Below are positions 1-10,900 of a stretch of DNA of 64,000 nucleotides, piece by piece (the first letter of the stretch is position 1; each line of letters starts with the position of its first letter). The notes under the pieces were generated by a model that worked only from the letters and a program-made list of their open reading frames with translations, made no database searches and was not told where the DNA came from. The position numbers and the translations under genes were made by a program. Origin of the DNA: Nitrosopumilaceae archaeon (GTDB taxonomy: Archaea; Thermoproteota; Nitrososphaeria; Nitrososphaerales; Nitrosopumilaceae); NCBI GenBank assembly GCA_965203465.1, contig CBDBCR010000003.1:704001-768000 (forward strand), given 5' to 3'.

Positions 1-127
1 CGCCGCCCTTGCGCACGAGCCTCTCCTTGTAGACCCGGTTGCCGGGTACCATGTTCTCGGTGGCAAGGCGCACCTGCCCGTCGGCGCGCACCCACTCGTA
101 GGGCTCACCGGCGGCGCTTTTTTCCAT
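1..127 (-). CDS. flpA: Fibrillarin-like rRNA/tRNA 2'-O-methyltransferase, 5' part (runs off the window)
   Basis: Manual translation from ATG at 127: MEKSAAGEPYEWVRADGQVRLATENMVPGNRVYKERLVRKGG, matching the fibrillarin N-terminal 'LAT.N..PG..VY.E.L' motif. Overlaps the 3' end of nop5 as in the usual archaeal nop5-fibrillarin operon. Confidence 0.85.
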   Translation of the reverse strand, partial: MEKSAAGEPYEWVRADGQVRLATENMVPGNRVYKERLVRKGG

Positions 128-1433
128 GCCTCTTTTTGCGGCCCTCAAAGCAGTCGGGGCAGTAGGCGCGCCTGCCCGGCTTGGGCCTGAAGGGCAAATC
201 GAACTTTTTGCCGCAGGCGTCGCAAGAGGCCTCGTGGCGCCGCGCGTCCCCTTTCGGCCGGCGCCCGTCGGCCCTCGGCCTGCGCGCGTCCCCCCTCTCG
301 CCCCCCGCCGGCCTCTGCGGCGGCTCTGCGTACTTTGCGCCGATCTCGCCCACGCGCCGGTTCATGCTCTCCACGAGGGTCTCGTTGAGCCCCTCGCCGT
401 ACGCGTCCACGCGCGCGGCGATGGCCGCCTTTGCGGCGATGGTGCGCGCTATCTTGCCGCGCTGCCACCGCGGCGCCGAGTGTATCAGGTGGTGCTGGAA
501 GAGCAGGCCGTGCTTTGGGGGATCGCTGCCAGACTTTATGGATCTAAAGAGCGCCTTTTCGGCGCCGAGTACCTGTATGGTGCTAGACGGCATCGAGGCC
601 AGTTTCTGCAGGCTGCCGGCGCGCGAGAGCAGCCTTGCTGCGACCACCCTGCCGAGCACCGCCGACAGGTTGGGCGCCAGCTCCCCGAGCCGCTCGTCGA
701 GGTGCGCCTCCAGCGAGCGGCGCGCCTCCTGCAGGCCGACCAGCTGGCCGGCGAGCAGCTGCGCCATTGCCAGGCTGCCGTCCGAGATGTCGCCGCCCCT
801 GCTGTTGCGCGAGACCAGCTCGAGCATCTGCGCCTTTTCCTCCGGAAAGCCCGCGTCCCGGAACGACTGCGCCGACAGGTCCGAGCGCCTGCCGCGCTCT
901 GCCACGCGCGCGTACCCCGCCACGCTGTCCACCAGGTTTTCGAGCTCGGGAAAGTGCAGCCCGTACCACTCGCGCAGCCGGGAGCCGAGCGCGTTGGATG
1001 CCTTGTCGATCTCGTCGAGCGCGCCTATCGCCTGGACCGCGTGCAGGTCGGCGCTGCCCGATATCTCGGCCACGCGCGCCGACGAAAGCGATAGGGCAAA
1101 GTCGCGCAGGCGGGCCGCCGCGTCGCGCTCGTCCGAGGCGAGGCCGGCCCCGACCATGATCGAGATCTTGGAGGCCTGCACGCGCTCGGCCTCGGCGGCC
1201 GGCATGTGCGTGGCGTCTATCCCCCTTGACTGGAGTATGGCAAGGAGCGCCCCGTCGCTTACCTCGAATCCGGCGTTCATGCCGTCGAGGTGCCTGACAA
1301 GCTCGTTGGGGGCGCCCTCGCCGCGCCTGACAGCGAGGTACTGCCCCGCCGGCTCTGAAAAGCCGAACGACTTTGCCGGGCGCCCGTCCTCGAGCAGCAC
1401 GATGCCGAGCTCCGTGAGCACCACCGAGTGCAT
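105..1433 (-). CDS. nop5: C/D box sRNP protein Nop5 (Nop56/58) with C-terminal CxxC-x17-CxxC zinc-ribbon tail
   Basis: Motifs RLREWYGLHFPEL, APNL..VLG, LASMPSSTIQVLGAEKALF, PPKHG and RGKIAR. Confidence 0.95.
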   Translation of the reverse strand: MHSVVLTELGIVLLEDGRPAKSFGFSEPAGQYLAVRRGEGAPNELVRHLDGMNAGFEVSDGALLAILQSRGIDATHMPAAEAERVQASKISIMVGAGLASDERDAAARLRDFALSLSSARVAEISGSADLHAVQAIGALDEIDKASNALGSRLREWYGLHFPELENLVDSVAGYARVAERGRRSDLSAQSFRDAGFPEEKAQMLELVSRNSRGGDISDGSLAMAQLLAGQLVGLQEARRSLEAHLDERLGELAPNLSAVLGRVVAARLLSRAGSLQKLASMPSSTIQVLGAEKALFRSIKSGSDPPKHGLLFQHHLIHSAPRWQRGKIARTIAAKAAIAARVDAYGEGLNETLVESMNRRVGEIGAKYAEPPQRPAGGERGDARRPRADGRRPKGDARRHEASCDACGKKFDLPFRPKPGRRAYCPDCFEGRKKRHGKKRRR

Positions 1434-1601
1434 GCGCCGGGGGCGCCGGGGGCCACTAAAAAAGGATCGCGCGGGGGGCGCAGTCAGCAGCCGCTAGGAG
1501 GCCCTCCCAGCCCGGTCTCGGGCACGGATGGCCCCGTCGCGTACAGGATCGTGCCGCCGGCGCGGAGGACTGGTTAAATTCGAGCGCGCCGCGCCGAGAT
1601 C

Positions 1602-2810
1602 GTGGCAGAGCACGCCAACCCGTTCAAGCCGGGCGCCGGATTGGATCCCCCGTATCTGGCCGGCAGGCGCACAGAATTCGAAGAGTTTTCGCGAATGTTG
1701 CGCGATGTCAGAAACGGGGTGGTCAGGAACATGGCGGTGCACGGGTTGCGCGGCGTCGGCAAGACCGTCCTCCTGACCAAGTTCGGGCGGATGTGCAAGG
1801 ACGAGAATTTTCTTCCCGTATCGGAGCCGCGATACAGTGCAGAGCAGTCCGATCCGGCCGAGTTTGTGGGTTTGTTCAAGTACAACCTGCGTTCCGCGAT
1901 CGAGACGTTTTCCAAGCTGGAAAGGACAAAGTCCAAGATCCAGTCCGTAGTCCACTACATAAAGCCTGCAAGCGTGGGCGTGCCGGGAATCATGTACTAC
2001 GAGCCAGCGTACGAACCAGACCAGCACATGCCGATGAGGAACCACATGACGGACTATCTGATCAAAAACTGGAAAGTCATAGAAAAAGGCGGGTACGACG
2101 GAGCTGTTTTCTTTTTTGACGAGTTTCACACGATCCGGGATTCAAACGGAAAACGGTTCGTCCTGGCCAACTTCATAGGCGCTTTGGACGAAGCGCAGAA
2201 GAAGGGCTGCAGGTACGCTGCGGTTCTGTGCGGGTTGCCGATCCTGCAGAACAACCTCAAGGAAGCTCGGTCATATTCCGAGAGGATGTTCAAGTCGCTG
2301 CAAGTCTCCATGCTCGAAGAGTCGGACGCAAAAAGAGCCATGACGAAGCCTCTCGAGGGCACCAAGCGCAAGTTTTCCAGCGCGCTCCTGTCTGAGATCG
2401 TGGAGGACACCAACTGCTACCCCTACTTTGTGCAGTTTTACGCCAAGGAAATCCTCGATCGCGTCGACAAAGACAGCATAGGGGTGGAGGACTACAGGAA
2501 AGTCAAGGGCGCGATCGTGGACGTTTTGGACCGGGACTTTTTCGACCAGCGCATGGAGCAGCTCAACAATAGCCAGAGGGCGGCGCTGTACGCCATGGCG
2601 GGAGTCCAAGATGCCGACATCACGTTTGCTGCCGTGAAAAAACTCGCAAGCATCAACAAGGGCACGTTTACGAAGAATCTGGCGCGGCTCGAGGAAAAGG
2701 GCCACATTCACAAGGCCAGGCACGGCGTTTACCGGTTCTCGCTGCCCATGTTTCGGGAGTATTTGCGGAGGAAAGGACCGGGCGGTTCAGGCTCCGAGCG
2801 CGTCGGCTAG
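1602..2810 (+). CDS. AAA+/STAND-like archaeal ATPase with C-terminal winged-helix
   Basis: NPFKPGAG..PPYLAGR N-terminus, Walker A GLRGVGKT, Walker B FFFDEFH, YPYFVQ, and a C-terminal HTH (LARLEEKGHI...HGVYRFSLPMF). Lower GC than its flanks. Confidence 0.85.
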   Translation: MAEHANPFKPGAGLDPPYLAGRRTEFEEFSRMLRDVRNGVVRNMAVHGLRGVGKTVLLTKFGRMCKDENFLPVSEPRYSAEQSDPAEFVGLFKYNLRSAIETFSKLERTKSKIQSVVHYIKPASVGVPGIMYYEPAYEPDQHMPMRNHMTDYLIKNWKVIEKGGYDGAVFFFDEFHTIRDSNGKRFVLANFIGALDEAQKKGCRYAAVLCGLPILQNNLKEARSYSERMFKSLQVSMLEESDAKRAMTKPLEGTKRKFSSALLSEIVEDTNCYPYFVQFYAKEILDRVDKDSIGVEDYRKVKGAIVDVLDRDFFDQRMEQLNNSQRAALYAMAGVQDADITFAAVKKLASINKGTFTKNLARLEEKGHIHKARHGVYRFSLPMFREYLRRKGPGGSGSERVG

Positions 2811-2966
2811 GCACGGGAGGCCGTGCCTAGAGTCGGCAAAGTCGGCAAAACGGCGGATCGGGGCCCGGGAAGGGGCGGTCAGGCACGGGAGGCCGTGCCT
2901 AGAGTCGGCAAAGTCGGCAAAACGGCGGATCGGGGCCCGGGAAGGGGCGGTCAGGCACGGGAGGCC
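2809..2966. repeat. 72-bp tandem direct repeat (about 2.2 copies) containing the hairpin (CT)AGGCACGG-GAGG-CCGTGCCTAG
   Basis: The unit starting aggcacgggaggccgtgcctagagtcggcaaag recurs at 2809 and 2881, with a partial copy at 2953. Confidence 0.9.
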
Positions 2967-3066
2967 CAGGGAGCTCGGCATATCCGCGGATCTGGATCGG
3001 TTGCGGGCCATGCAACGGGCGGAGGTTCAAGCTGGCTGTCAGGCACGCCTGCCCCCCCCCCCCCCC

Positions 3067-3083
3067 GAATTGGAAGTAGAACC
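3067..3083 (-). mobile_element. Orphan IS6-like terminal repeat (right end)
   Basis: The reverse complement GGTTCTACTTCCAATTC resembles the element end at 41047-41063 (GGCACTGTTTCCAATTC) and IS257-type GGTTCTG ends. It is preceded by a C15 tract. Confidence 0.5.
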
Positions 3084-3209
3084 GTTTTTCCCCTGACCGG
3101 CCGAGATCGCCTAGCCGCGAAAAAGTGGCGCCGGCAGAATCGCGCTGCTGGCCGGTTGCCGGCCGCCGGGCTCCGGCCGGGCAGGGCGCGCCTGGCCCGA
3201 GACCAACCG

Positions 3210-3215
3210 TTATAA
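3210..3215 (+). promoter_or_regulatory. Putative TATA box of the pyrD-pyrK operon (leaderless)
   Basis: TTATAA in a GC-rich background, about 25 nt upstream of the GTG start at 3238. Confidence 0.55.
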
Positions 3216-3237
3216 CCGCAGCCGCCCGCCCGATTCC

Positions 3238-4137
3238 GTGCCGCCGTCCCTCGCAACCGACGTAGGCGGCATCCGCCTGGAGCGGCCCGCCATGCTGGCC
3301 TCGGGGATACTGGGCATATCGACCGACGTCTTTGACCGCCTGTACCGGGCCGGGGCCGGGGCCGTCGTGACAAAGTCGCTCAGCTCCGAGCCGTGGGAGG
3401 GGTACGCGAACCCTACGGTGGTGGGCCTCGGCGGCGGGGGGTGGCTCAACGCGGTCGGGCTGTCCAACCCGGGGGCGCGCGAGTTCGCCCGCATGCTGGA
3501 ACCGGGCGCCGAGGCGCCCGTCATAGTCAGCCTGGTCGGCTCGACCGCCGAAGAGTTCGAGTCCATGATGGCCGAGTTTTCCGGGTGCCGCGTGGCCGGC
3601 TACGAGATAAACCTCTCGTGCCCCCACGTGGCGAGGGTCGGGCTCGAGGTGGGCGACGACCACGCCCTCGTCTCGGAGCTGTTCGGCAGGATAAAAAAGT
3701 CCGCGCGGGCCCCCGTGATAGCGAAAGTCGGCCTCGGATCGGACTATCTCGGGACCGTCGGGGCCGCGGTGGAGGGCGGCGCCGACGCGGTCACCGCGAT
3801 AAACACCGTCCGGGCCATGGCCATAGACGCGGAGGCCTGCAGGCCCGTCCTGTCCAACCGCGTCGGCGGCCTCTCCGGCCCCCCGATAAAGCCCATAGGG
3901 CTGCGGTGCGTCTACGAGATAGCCTCAAAGTACGACGTTCCGGTCATCGGCTGCGGCGGCATCTCGACCTGGGAGGACGCCGCCGAGTACGTGCTGGCCG
4001 GCGCGCGCGCGGTGCAGGTGGGAAGCGCGGTGGCCGGCCGCATGGGCGCGTTCGGCGAGATAAACCGCGGCCTGTCCGAATACATGGAGCGCAAGGGCCA
4101 TTCGCGCATATCGGAGATGGTGGGCCTTGCGCGCTGA
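3238..4137 (+). CDS. pyrD: Dihydroorotate dehydrogenase family 1B, catalytic subunit
   Basis: Motifs MLASGILG, GAVVTKS, NAVGLSNPG, EINLSCPH, GGLSGPPIKP and GARAVQVGSA. Confidence 0.95.
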   Translation: MPPSLATDVGGIRLERPAMLASGILGISTDVFDRLYRAGAGAVVTKSLSSEPWEGYANPTVVGLGGGGWLNAVGLSNPGAREFARMLEPGAEAPVIVSLVGSTAEEFESMMAEFSGCRVAGYEINLSCPHVARVGLEVGDDHALVSELFGRIKKSARAPVIAKVGLGSDYLGTVGAAVEGGADAVTAINTVRAMAIDAEACRPVLSNRVGGLSGPPIKPIGLRCVYEIASKYDVPVIGCGGISTWEDAAEYVLAGARAVQVGSAVAGRMGAFGEINRGLSEYMERKGHSRISEMVGLAR

Positions 4138-4912
4138 CCGGCATTCCGCGGTCAGGGTGGAGCGCGTCGTCGACGAGACCCCCACGGTGCGCACCCTGGA
4201 GGTGCGCGAGCCGCGCCTGGAATCGGCCCTGCCGGGGCAGTTTGCCATGGTCTGGGTGCCCGGAGCCGGCGAGCTTCCCATGAGCGTTGCGGTGGGGCGC
4301 CGGGGCGGGCCCGCGTTCACCGTCCGCCGCCACGGCCCCTCCTCTACCGGGCTGTACGAGACCGGCGAGGGCGGGCTGCTGGGGGTGCGGGGGCCGTACG
4401 GCAACTCTTTCGAGCTGCGCGCGCGCCCGCTGCTCGTCGGCGGCGGCACCGGGCTTGCGCCGCTCATGCGGCTCTTGCGCTCGGCCCCCGGTTCGGGCGC
4501 GGCGCTGCTGATAGGGGCGCGCACGGCGGGCGAGGTGTTCTTCGACGGGCTGGCGCGCGAGTGGGGGTGCGACGTGACGGTGTGCACCGAGGACGGCACG
4601 CTCGGGCGGCGCGGGCGGGTCACCGAGGCGGCCTCGGAGATGATCTCGGGCGGCCGGTTCGATTCGGTCTATACGTGCGGGCCCGAGCTGATGATGGCCA
4701 AGGTGGTCTCCGCGGCCAACTCCGCCGGGGTGTTCGTCCAGGCCAGCGTCGAGAGGGTGATGAAGTGCGGCGTGGGCATGTGCGGCAGCTGCTGCATGGG
4801 CCCGGAGCTGGTCTGCGCCGACGGATCCGTCTTCGACGGGGCGCGCCTGGCGGCCAACCCCGACTTTGGCGTCGCGTACAGGTCAAAGTCTGGCGCGCCG
4901 GTCAGGTACTGA
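4127..4912 (+). CDS. pyrK: Dihydroorotate dehydrogenase electron transfer subunit
   Basis: PGQFAMVWVP, RGPYGNSF, GGGTGLAP, CGPELMM, and the 2Fe-2S motif MKCGVGMCGSCC...C.DG.VF. Overlaps pyrD. Confidence 0.95.
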   Translation: MRADRHSAVRVERVVDETPTVRTLEVREPRLESALPGQFAMVWVPGAGELPMSVAVGRRGGPAFTVRRHGPSSTGLYETGEGGLLGVRGPYGNSFELRARPLLVGGGTGLAPLMRLLRSAPGSGAALLIGARTAGEVFFDGLAREWGCDVTVCTEDGTLGRRGRVTEAASEMISGGRFDSVYTCGPELMMAKVVSAANSAGVFVQASVERVMKCGVGMCGSCCMGPELVCADGSVFDGARLAANPDFGVAYRSKSGAPVRY

Positions 4913-4941
4913 CCCCGAGGCGCAAAACGCATCCGGGTTTT

Positions 4942-7900
4942 TTACGCGCTCCGCGCCGCGCGCCTCTTGAGCGCCGAGCTTGCGGCGCTAGCTCCGAGCG
5001 CCGGCAGCCCGGCGTAAAACCCGGCCAGGGCCGCGATGGACGCGGCCCCGTACGCCAGCACGGCCCCGTCTGTCGGCGAATCCTGTACCGGCGACATCGT
5101 GTATCCGAGTATCAGGATCCCGGGCGTTATGGCCGCCCCGACCAGCTCCCGCAACGCCGGATTCTGCCGCTCCATGTCCGCTATCCGCGGCGAGACCGCG
5201 TAGTAGGCGTCCGAGAACCCGGCCATGAACGAGGCGCCCGCTCCCGTGGAGAGCAGCGCGCCGTCGCGCAGCTCGCGCAGCTCTTGGACGTGCGGCGCAA
5301 GCTCGGTGCCGTACGCGGCAGTAGCTACCAGGCAGCCGCCTCCCTCCTCGGGCTCGCACGCCCCGTCGCGCAGCACCGTGCCGGGCGCGCACGCCGGCGC
5401 GGCGTCTTCAGACCGGGGCTCGGCGGTCATCGCGGCGGTCTGCGGGGCCGCTTCCGGTTCGGAAGGCGCGGGCGCGACCGTCGGCGCGGGCGCTGCGGGC
5501 TCGGGCTGTCCCGCCGCAGGCTCCGGCTCTGCTCTGGGCGCGACTGCCGCCGGCGCCTGCTGCATCGATACCGCCGGCGCCTGCTCGCCGAAAGTCCGGG
5601 TTCCCCGGCACGAGTCGATGTCGACCGCCTCGTTGGCCCAGAACGAGCCGCGGCCCACGACGAACAGCGCCGTGACGCCCAGATAGTCCTCGTTCTCGGC
5701 CATCTGCGTGGTGTACACGCGGTGGCCGGCGGCCCGCTCGTCGGTCAGCTGCGCCTGCCTCGCGCCGTACTCGGTGGTGCGCACCGTGACGGTGAGGCCG
5801 TCGGAGTCGGGCCCGGCCACCACCCTGGCGATCCCCTCTTGGCAGTCCCACGATATCGACTGTATGAAGACGTCCTCGGCGCCGGAGGGCGCGCGGACGC
5901 TGGCGCCCCCTCCCCCGCCGCCTCCGCCTCCGCCGCCCCCGCCGGACCTGAACTGCGCTGCCGGCGGGGCCGCGCCGGACGCCTCGATGGTTATGGTCAC
6001 CGCGTCGGTGTCGGCTAGCAGGCCGTCCGAGACGGTCAGGGCGAAGGTGAGGACGGCGCCGGACGGCGCCCGCGGGGCCGCGAACGTCGCCACCGGCGAG
6101 GACGCGTTCTGCAGCTCTACGGCCGGCGAGCCGCCCGTCTGCGCCCACGAATATGTTAGATCCGAATCGTCGATGTCGGCGCCCGAGCCGGAAAGCGTGA
6201 CGGTCTGGCCGGCGCGCGCGCTCTGATCCGCGCCCGCGTTTGCCACGGGCCTGTTGTTGGGCGGCTGCACCGCGTGCCCTATCCCCACCGGCGAGAGCGA
6301 CGCAAAGCGCCCGGATATCCGGTTATTCGCCTCGTCCAGGGACTCGGTCACGTCGTTCCACCGGGCGCCGTCCCAGTGGTACACGCGCAGCTCCGACTCG
6401 GGCACGCCCTCCGGCAGTTTCGACGGATCGTAGGCGAACGTGATCACGCCGCTAAAGCTGCGGCCCAGAAACTCCAGATCGAACGTCTCGAACATCTCGG
6501 CGCCGCGCCCGCCAATCTGCACCACCCCGTCGTGGTCCTCGCCGTAGCTGGCCACGCCCTCGTGCAGCCCTATGGGGCGCACGATCAGCTCGCCGCTGAC
6601 CGAGCCGTCCATCGTGATCTGCACCACCGCCGCCAGATCTAGATCCGCGCCGCCCGTGGTGCCGCCCGACACCTGCACCGGACCCCGCGCGACGGCCGAG
6701 GCGGCCGCCAGCCGGTTGCCGGCGATGTCGGTCAGGCCGCCGCCCGAATACGAGACTGGGCGCGCCTCGTTGGGCACGGCGGCGTGCTCTAGGATGAGCG
6801 TCGCCGCGGTCGCAGACGATGTGGGCGACTTGCCGCCGTCCGGCGCCACGAACGCCGCGGGGGCCGCGCCGGCCACCGACCAGTCCGAGACGGACGTGGC
6901 CCCGCGCACCGGCTCGGTGAGCACTATCCGGGTCCTGGTCTGCGATTCGGATATGGGCGCTGCCAGCTCCGGCGCCGTCCTGTCTATGCCCATCAGGAAC
7001 CGAACCGGCGCGCTGGAGTTTCCGGCGGCGTCCGTAGCCGCGTCGCCCGGTATTACAAGCTCGAGTGTCCCCTCCGGCGCCGAGGCCACGCTGAACGAGT
7101 ACCTGGCGTTGCCGCTTGCCGGAACCGCCGCAAAGCCCGAAACCTCGCCCGCGGAGGCCGAGACGTCGCCCTGCGCGAACTGCCCCGCGGTCATCGGCTC
7201 GCCAAAGTCGACGGTCACGGCGACCGGATCCGAGTTGGTGTAGTGCTCCGCGCCCCCGACGCTTATCTCCGGCACGGGCCTCATCAGGTCCGAGGCGGGC
7301 GCCGATGCGGAGGCTACCGGCACGCCCGACGCCAGTATCCCGCCGGTCCCGTCGTACGAGACTGTCAGGTCGGCCGCGGCGGTGCTAGGCAGATCCGAGA
7401 CGCGCAGCGTCAGCGCTCTTCCGTCTGGGCTCGGCTGCGCCCGGGCGACGGAAGCGGGGCCCGCGTCGGCGCCCGACAGGCTCCAGCCGCGCCCGTCGGT
7501 GTACGTGGTCGTCACCGGTCCTGCAAAGTTGATCCTCAATGTCTCCGTATCCGTTGCCCCCGCCTCGAACGGCAGCGTCGCGCTTCCCCGAAGCTCGATC
7601 ACCTGTATGCCGCTGTCCTCGCCTGCCGCCACCAGGGCGTACCGGGCGGGGCCGGCCGACGCTATCTTTACGGCGCGGGCGCCGTCCAGCTCCGCGTACT
7701 CGCTGCCGTCGGCTACCGACGATACGGCCGACGGGTTCGCCGGATCCGTGACGTCGATCACCTGCACCGCGTCGTCCTCGTACGACGCTGCGACCGCGTA
7801 CGTCTTTGGGCCCATCTCGACCGTGTCGACAGAGTACGGGCCGTCGAGCGCGTAGCCTCCCCCGTCCGATATGGCAGAGACCTTGAACGGGTCGGCCGGA

Positions 7901-10900
7901 TCCGTGACGTCCAGCACCTGGATTCCGTCGTCCTCCGAGGCGGCCACCAGGGCGTACGTCCTGCCGGCGGCGGCAAACAGCTCCAGGGAGCGGGCCCCGT
8001 CCAGCTCCGCGCCGGCGTCGTCGTCCACCGAGGCGGCCGCGCTCGGGCTTGCCGGATCCGTGATGTCGATGATCTGCACGCCGTCGTCCTCCGAGGCGGC
8101 CACCAGGGCGTACGTCCTGCCGCCGGCGGCCATCGCGACTACGTCCGAGGCGCCGTCCAGCAAAAGATCCGCATCGTCGCCTACGGACGACGCGGTAGAC
8201 GGGTTTGCCGGGTTCGTGACGTCGATGATCTGGAGGCCGTCGTCCTCGAACGACGCCACCAGGGCGTATATTCTGTTGCCTATGGCGACCGTGGTTATGC
8301 CGCTTGCCCCGTCGAGCAGCAGGCCGGAATCGTCGGCGACCGACGATGCGACCGACAGGCGGGTAGGATCCGTGACGTCGATGATCTGCACGCCGTCGTC
8401 CTCGAAGGCCGCCACCAAGGCGTACGTCTTTGAGCCTATGGTGGCCGCGGCTATGTCGGTGGCCCCGTCGAGCAGCAGGCTCGCGCTGTCCGCAAACGAA
8501 GATACGTCGGACGGGCTTGCCGGATCCGTGACGTCGATGATCTGCACGCCGTCGTCGGCGGCCGACGCCACCAAAGCGTACGTCCTTGCCCCGGCGGTGA
8601 ACAGATCCAGCGCTCCTGCGCCTCCCAGTTCCGGATAGCCGGTGCCGCCGGCCACCGAGCCGTCCGATATGGACGTGGACGAATGCAGCGAGAGGTTCAC
8701 GTCGAAGTTTGTGGCGAATTTGAACTGGTTCGACGCGGCGGTCTGGCCGCCGGTGGCAGTCACGGTGATCCTGTCCGTTCGCAGCAAGTTGGGGGTGCCC
8801 GAGAACGTGCCGATCGTCTCCGGTATCCTGTACGCGTACACCCTGCCGTCCGCAGAATCTGCCACCAGATAGTCGGTCGCGTCGGTCGCGACGCCGACGG
8901 GGGCGCCGTTGTCCGCGTGCAGGTCGAAATCGGCGGATTCGACGCGCACCCCGTCCGGCAGGTACTCGTATACCTTGCCGTCCGCGCTGTCCGCTACGAA
9001 TACGGTCTCGCCGTCGGCCGCGATGCCGGCCGGGTCGGCGTTGTCGGCGTGGAGCGCAAAGTCGCCGTCCGCGTTCCGGGCGCCGTCCAGCCAGTACGCG
9101 TACACCTTGTCGTCGGCGGAATCCAATACGTAGAAGGTCCGGCCGTCGGCCGCGATGCCGGCCGGGTCGGCGTTGTCGGCGTGGAGCGCAAAGTCGCCGT
9201 CCGCGTTGCGGGCGCCGTCGCTGCCGTACGCGTACACCTTGTCGTCGGCGGAATCCAATACGTAGAAGGTCCGGCCGTCGGCCGCGATGCCGGCCGGGTC
9301 GGCGTTGTCGGCGTGGAGCGCAAAGTCGCCGTCCGCGTTCCGGGCGCCGTCCAGCCAGTACGCGTACACCTTGTCGTCGGCGGAGTCGGGCACGAAGGCA
9401 CGGGTGCCGTCTGTTGCGACGCTGGCGGCGTCCGCGTTGTCAGGATCGAGCGCAAAGCCCGAATCGGGTATGTGCCTGGTCGGCGAGACTTGGCTTGCAA
9501 AGCTGAGCCACTCCGGCAGGACGCCGGTAGTCAGGGTCGGCGTCCTGGTGTCGAGGCCCGCAAACGAGTCGGCCGCCACCTCGAACGAGACCTGCTCGCC
9601 CAGAACCGCGCTCCGGTCGGGCAGCCGCGCCGGACCCACTAGCAGGTTGAACTCGTACGGGACTTGGTTGGCGCCGTCGTCGGCAGTCAGGGCGATGCGA
9701 AACGTGCCCGGCGCCGTCGGGGCGCCCGAGAACGTGCCGACGGTCTGGGCAGCCGATGAGGCGCTCTCAAAGCCCAGCCACGGCGGGAGGGCGCCGCCTG
9801 CGTACGACGCGGAGAGGGCCGGCGTCTGGGTGGCAAGGCCCGTAAAGGCGGACGACGGTACGTCGAACGAGAACCGCTCGCCTGCGGCCGCGCGCCTGTC
9901 GGCCAGCATGGGCGCTGCCGCGCCCACCCCGGAGGGGGTGGCGCTGGAGATGGCGATGTCGAACGTGTCCGAGAGCGTGCTTTCGCCGTCCGAGGCTGTC
10001 ACCGCGAGCGTCTGGCTGCCCAGCCCCGACGGCGTGCCCGAGAGCGTGGCGGTGTTTTCGGCCAGCGTGTACGAGTACGTCTTTGCGGAGTCTGGCACGA
10101 ACAGGCGGGCGCCGTCCGAGGCGGCGGCCGCCGGGTTGGCGTTGTCCGCATGCAACGCAAAGTCGCCGTCCGCGTTCCGGGCGCCGTCCAAGCTGTGCGC
10201 CTGCACGCTGCCGTCCGCGTATACGACGTACAGGCCGGTGTCGTCCGAGGCGATGCCCGCCGGCACCTTTGCCGCGTCGGTGTCAAAGTCGCCGCTTATC
10301 CTGGAGCCGTCCATGTTGTACGAGTACACCTTGTCGTCGTCGGAATCGAGCACGAACACGTGCGCGCCGTGTATGGCCGCATCGGCCGCGTGCGCGTTTG
10401 CCGCGTCCAGCGAAACGTCGCTGCTGGCGTCCCGCGAGCCGTCCGCGCCGTAGGCGTACATTTTGCCGTCCGCAGAATCGAGCACGAGCAGGCGCGAGCC
10501 GTACATGGCCAGGCCCGCCGGGTTGGCGTTGTCGGCGTGGAGCGCAATGTCGGAGCCGGCGTCCCGCGAGCCGTCCGCGCCGTAGGCGTACACGGTGCCG
10601 CCGCCGTCCGAGACAAGGAACCCGTCGCCCGTGCGCACGATGCCCGACGGGTTGGCGTTGGCCGAAGCCAGCGCAAAGTCGGATCCGGCGTCGCGCGCCG
10701 CGCCCGACGACGAATAGGACAGATCCAGCCATCTCGGAATGGTCAGGTGCGGGGGCAGGGTGCTGCCCGGCGAATACACCGACAGCGTGGGCGTGCGCGT
10801 GCTCAGGCCGACGAACGCGTTGGACGAGATGTCCAGCGTAAAGGCCTGGCCGTACACGGCCTGCTGATCCGGCACGGGCCCCGCCACGTACGCGCCGGAC

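Noticed and set aside
2809-2966. Mini-CRISPR with a palindromic repeat
   Set aside because: The intervening 'spacers' are identical, so this is a tandem duplication.
7600-10700. Diversity-generating retroelement template/variable repeats
   Set aside because: The repeats are in-frame protein repeats without adenine-specific differences, and no reverse transcriptase is present.
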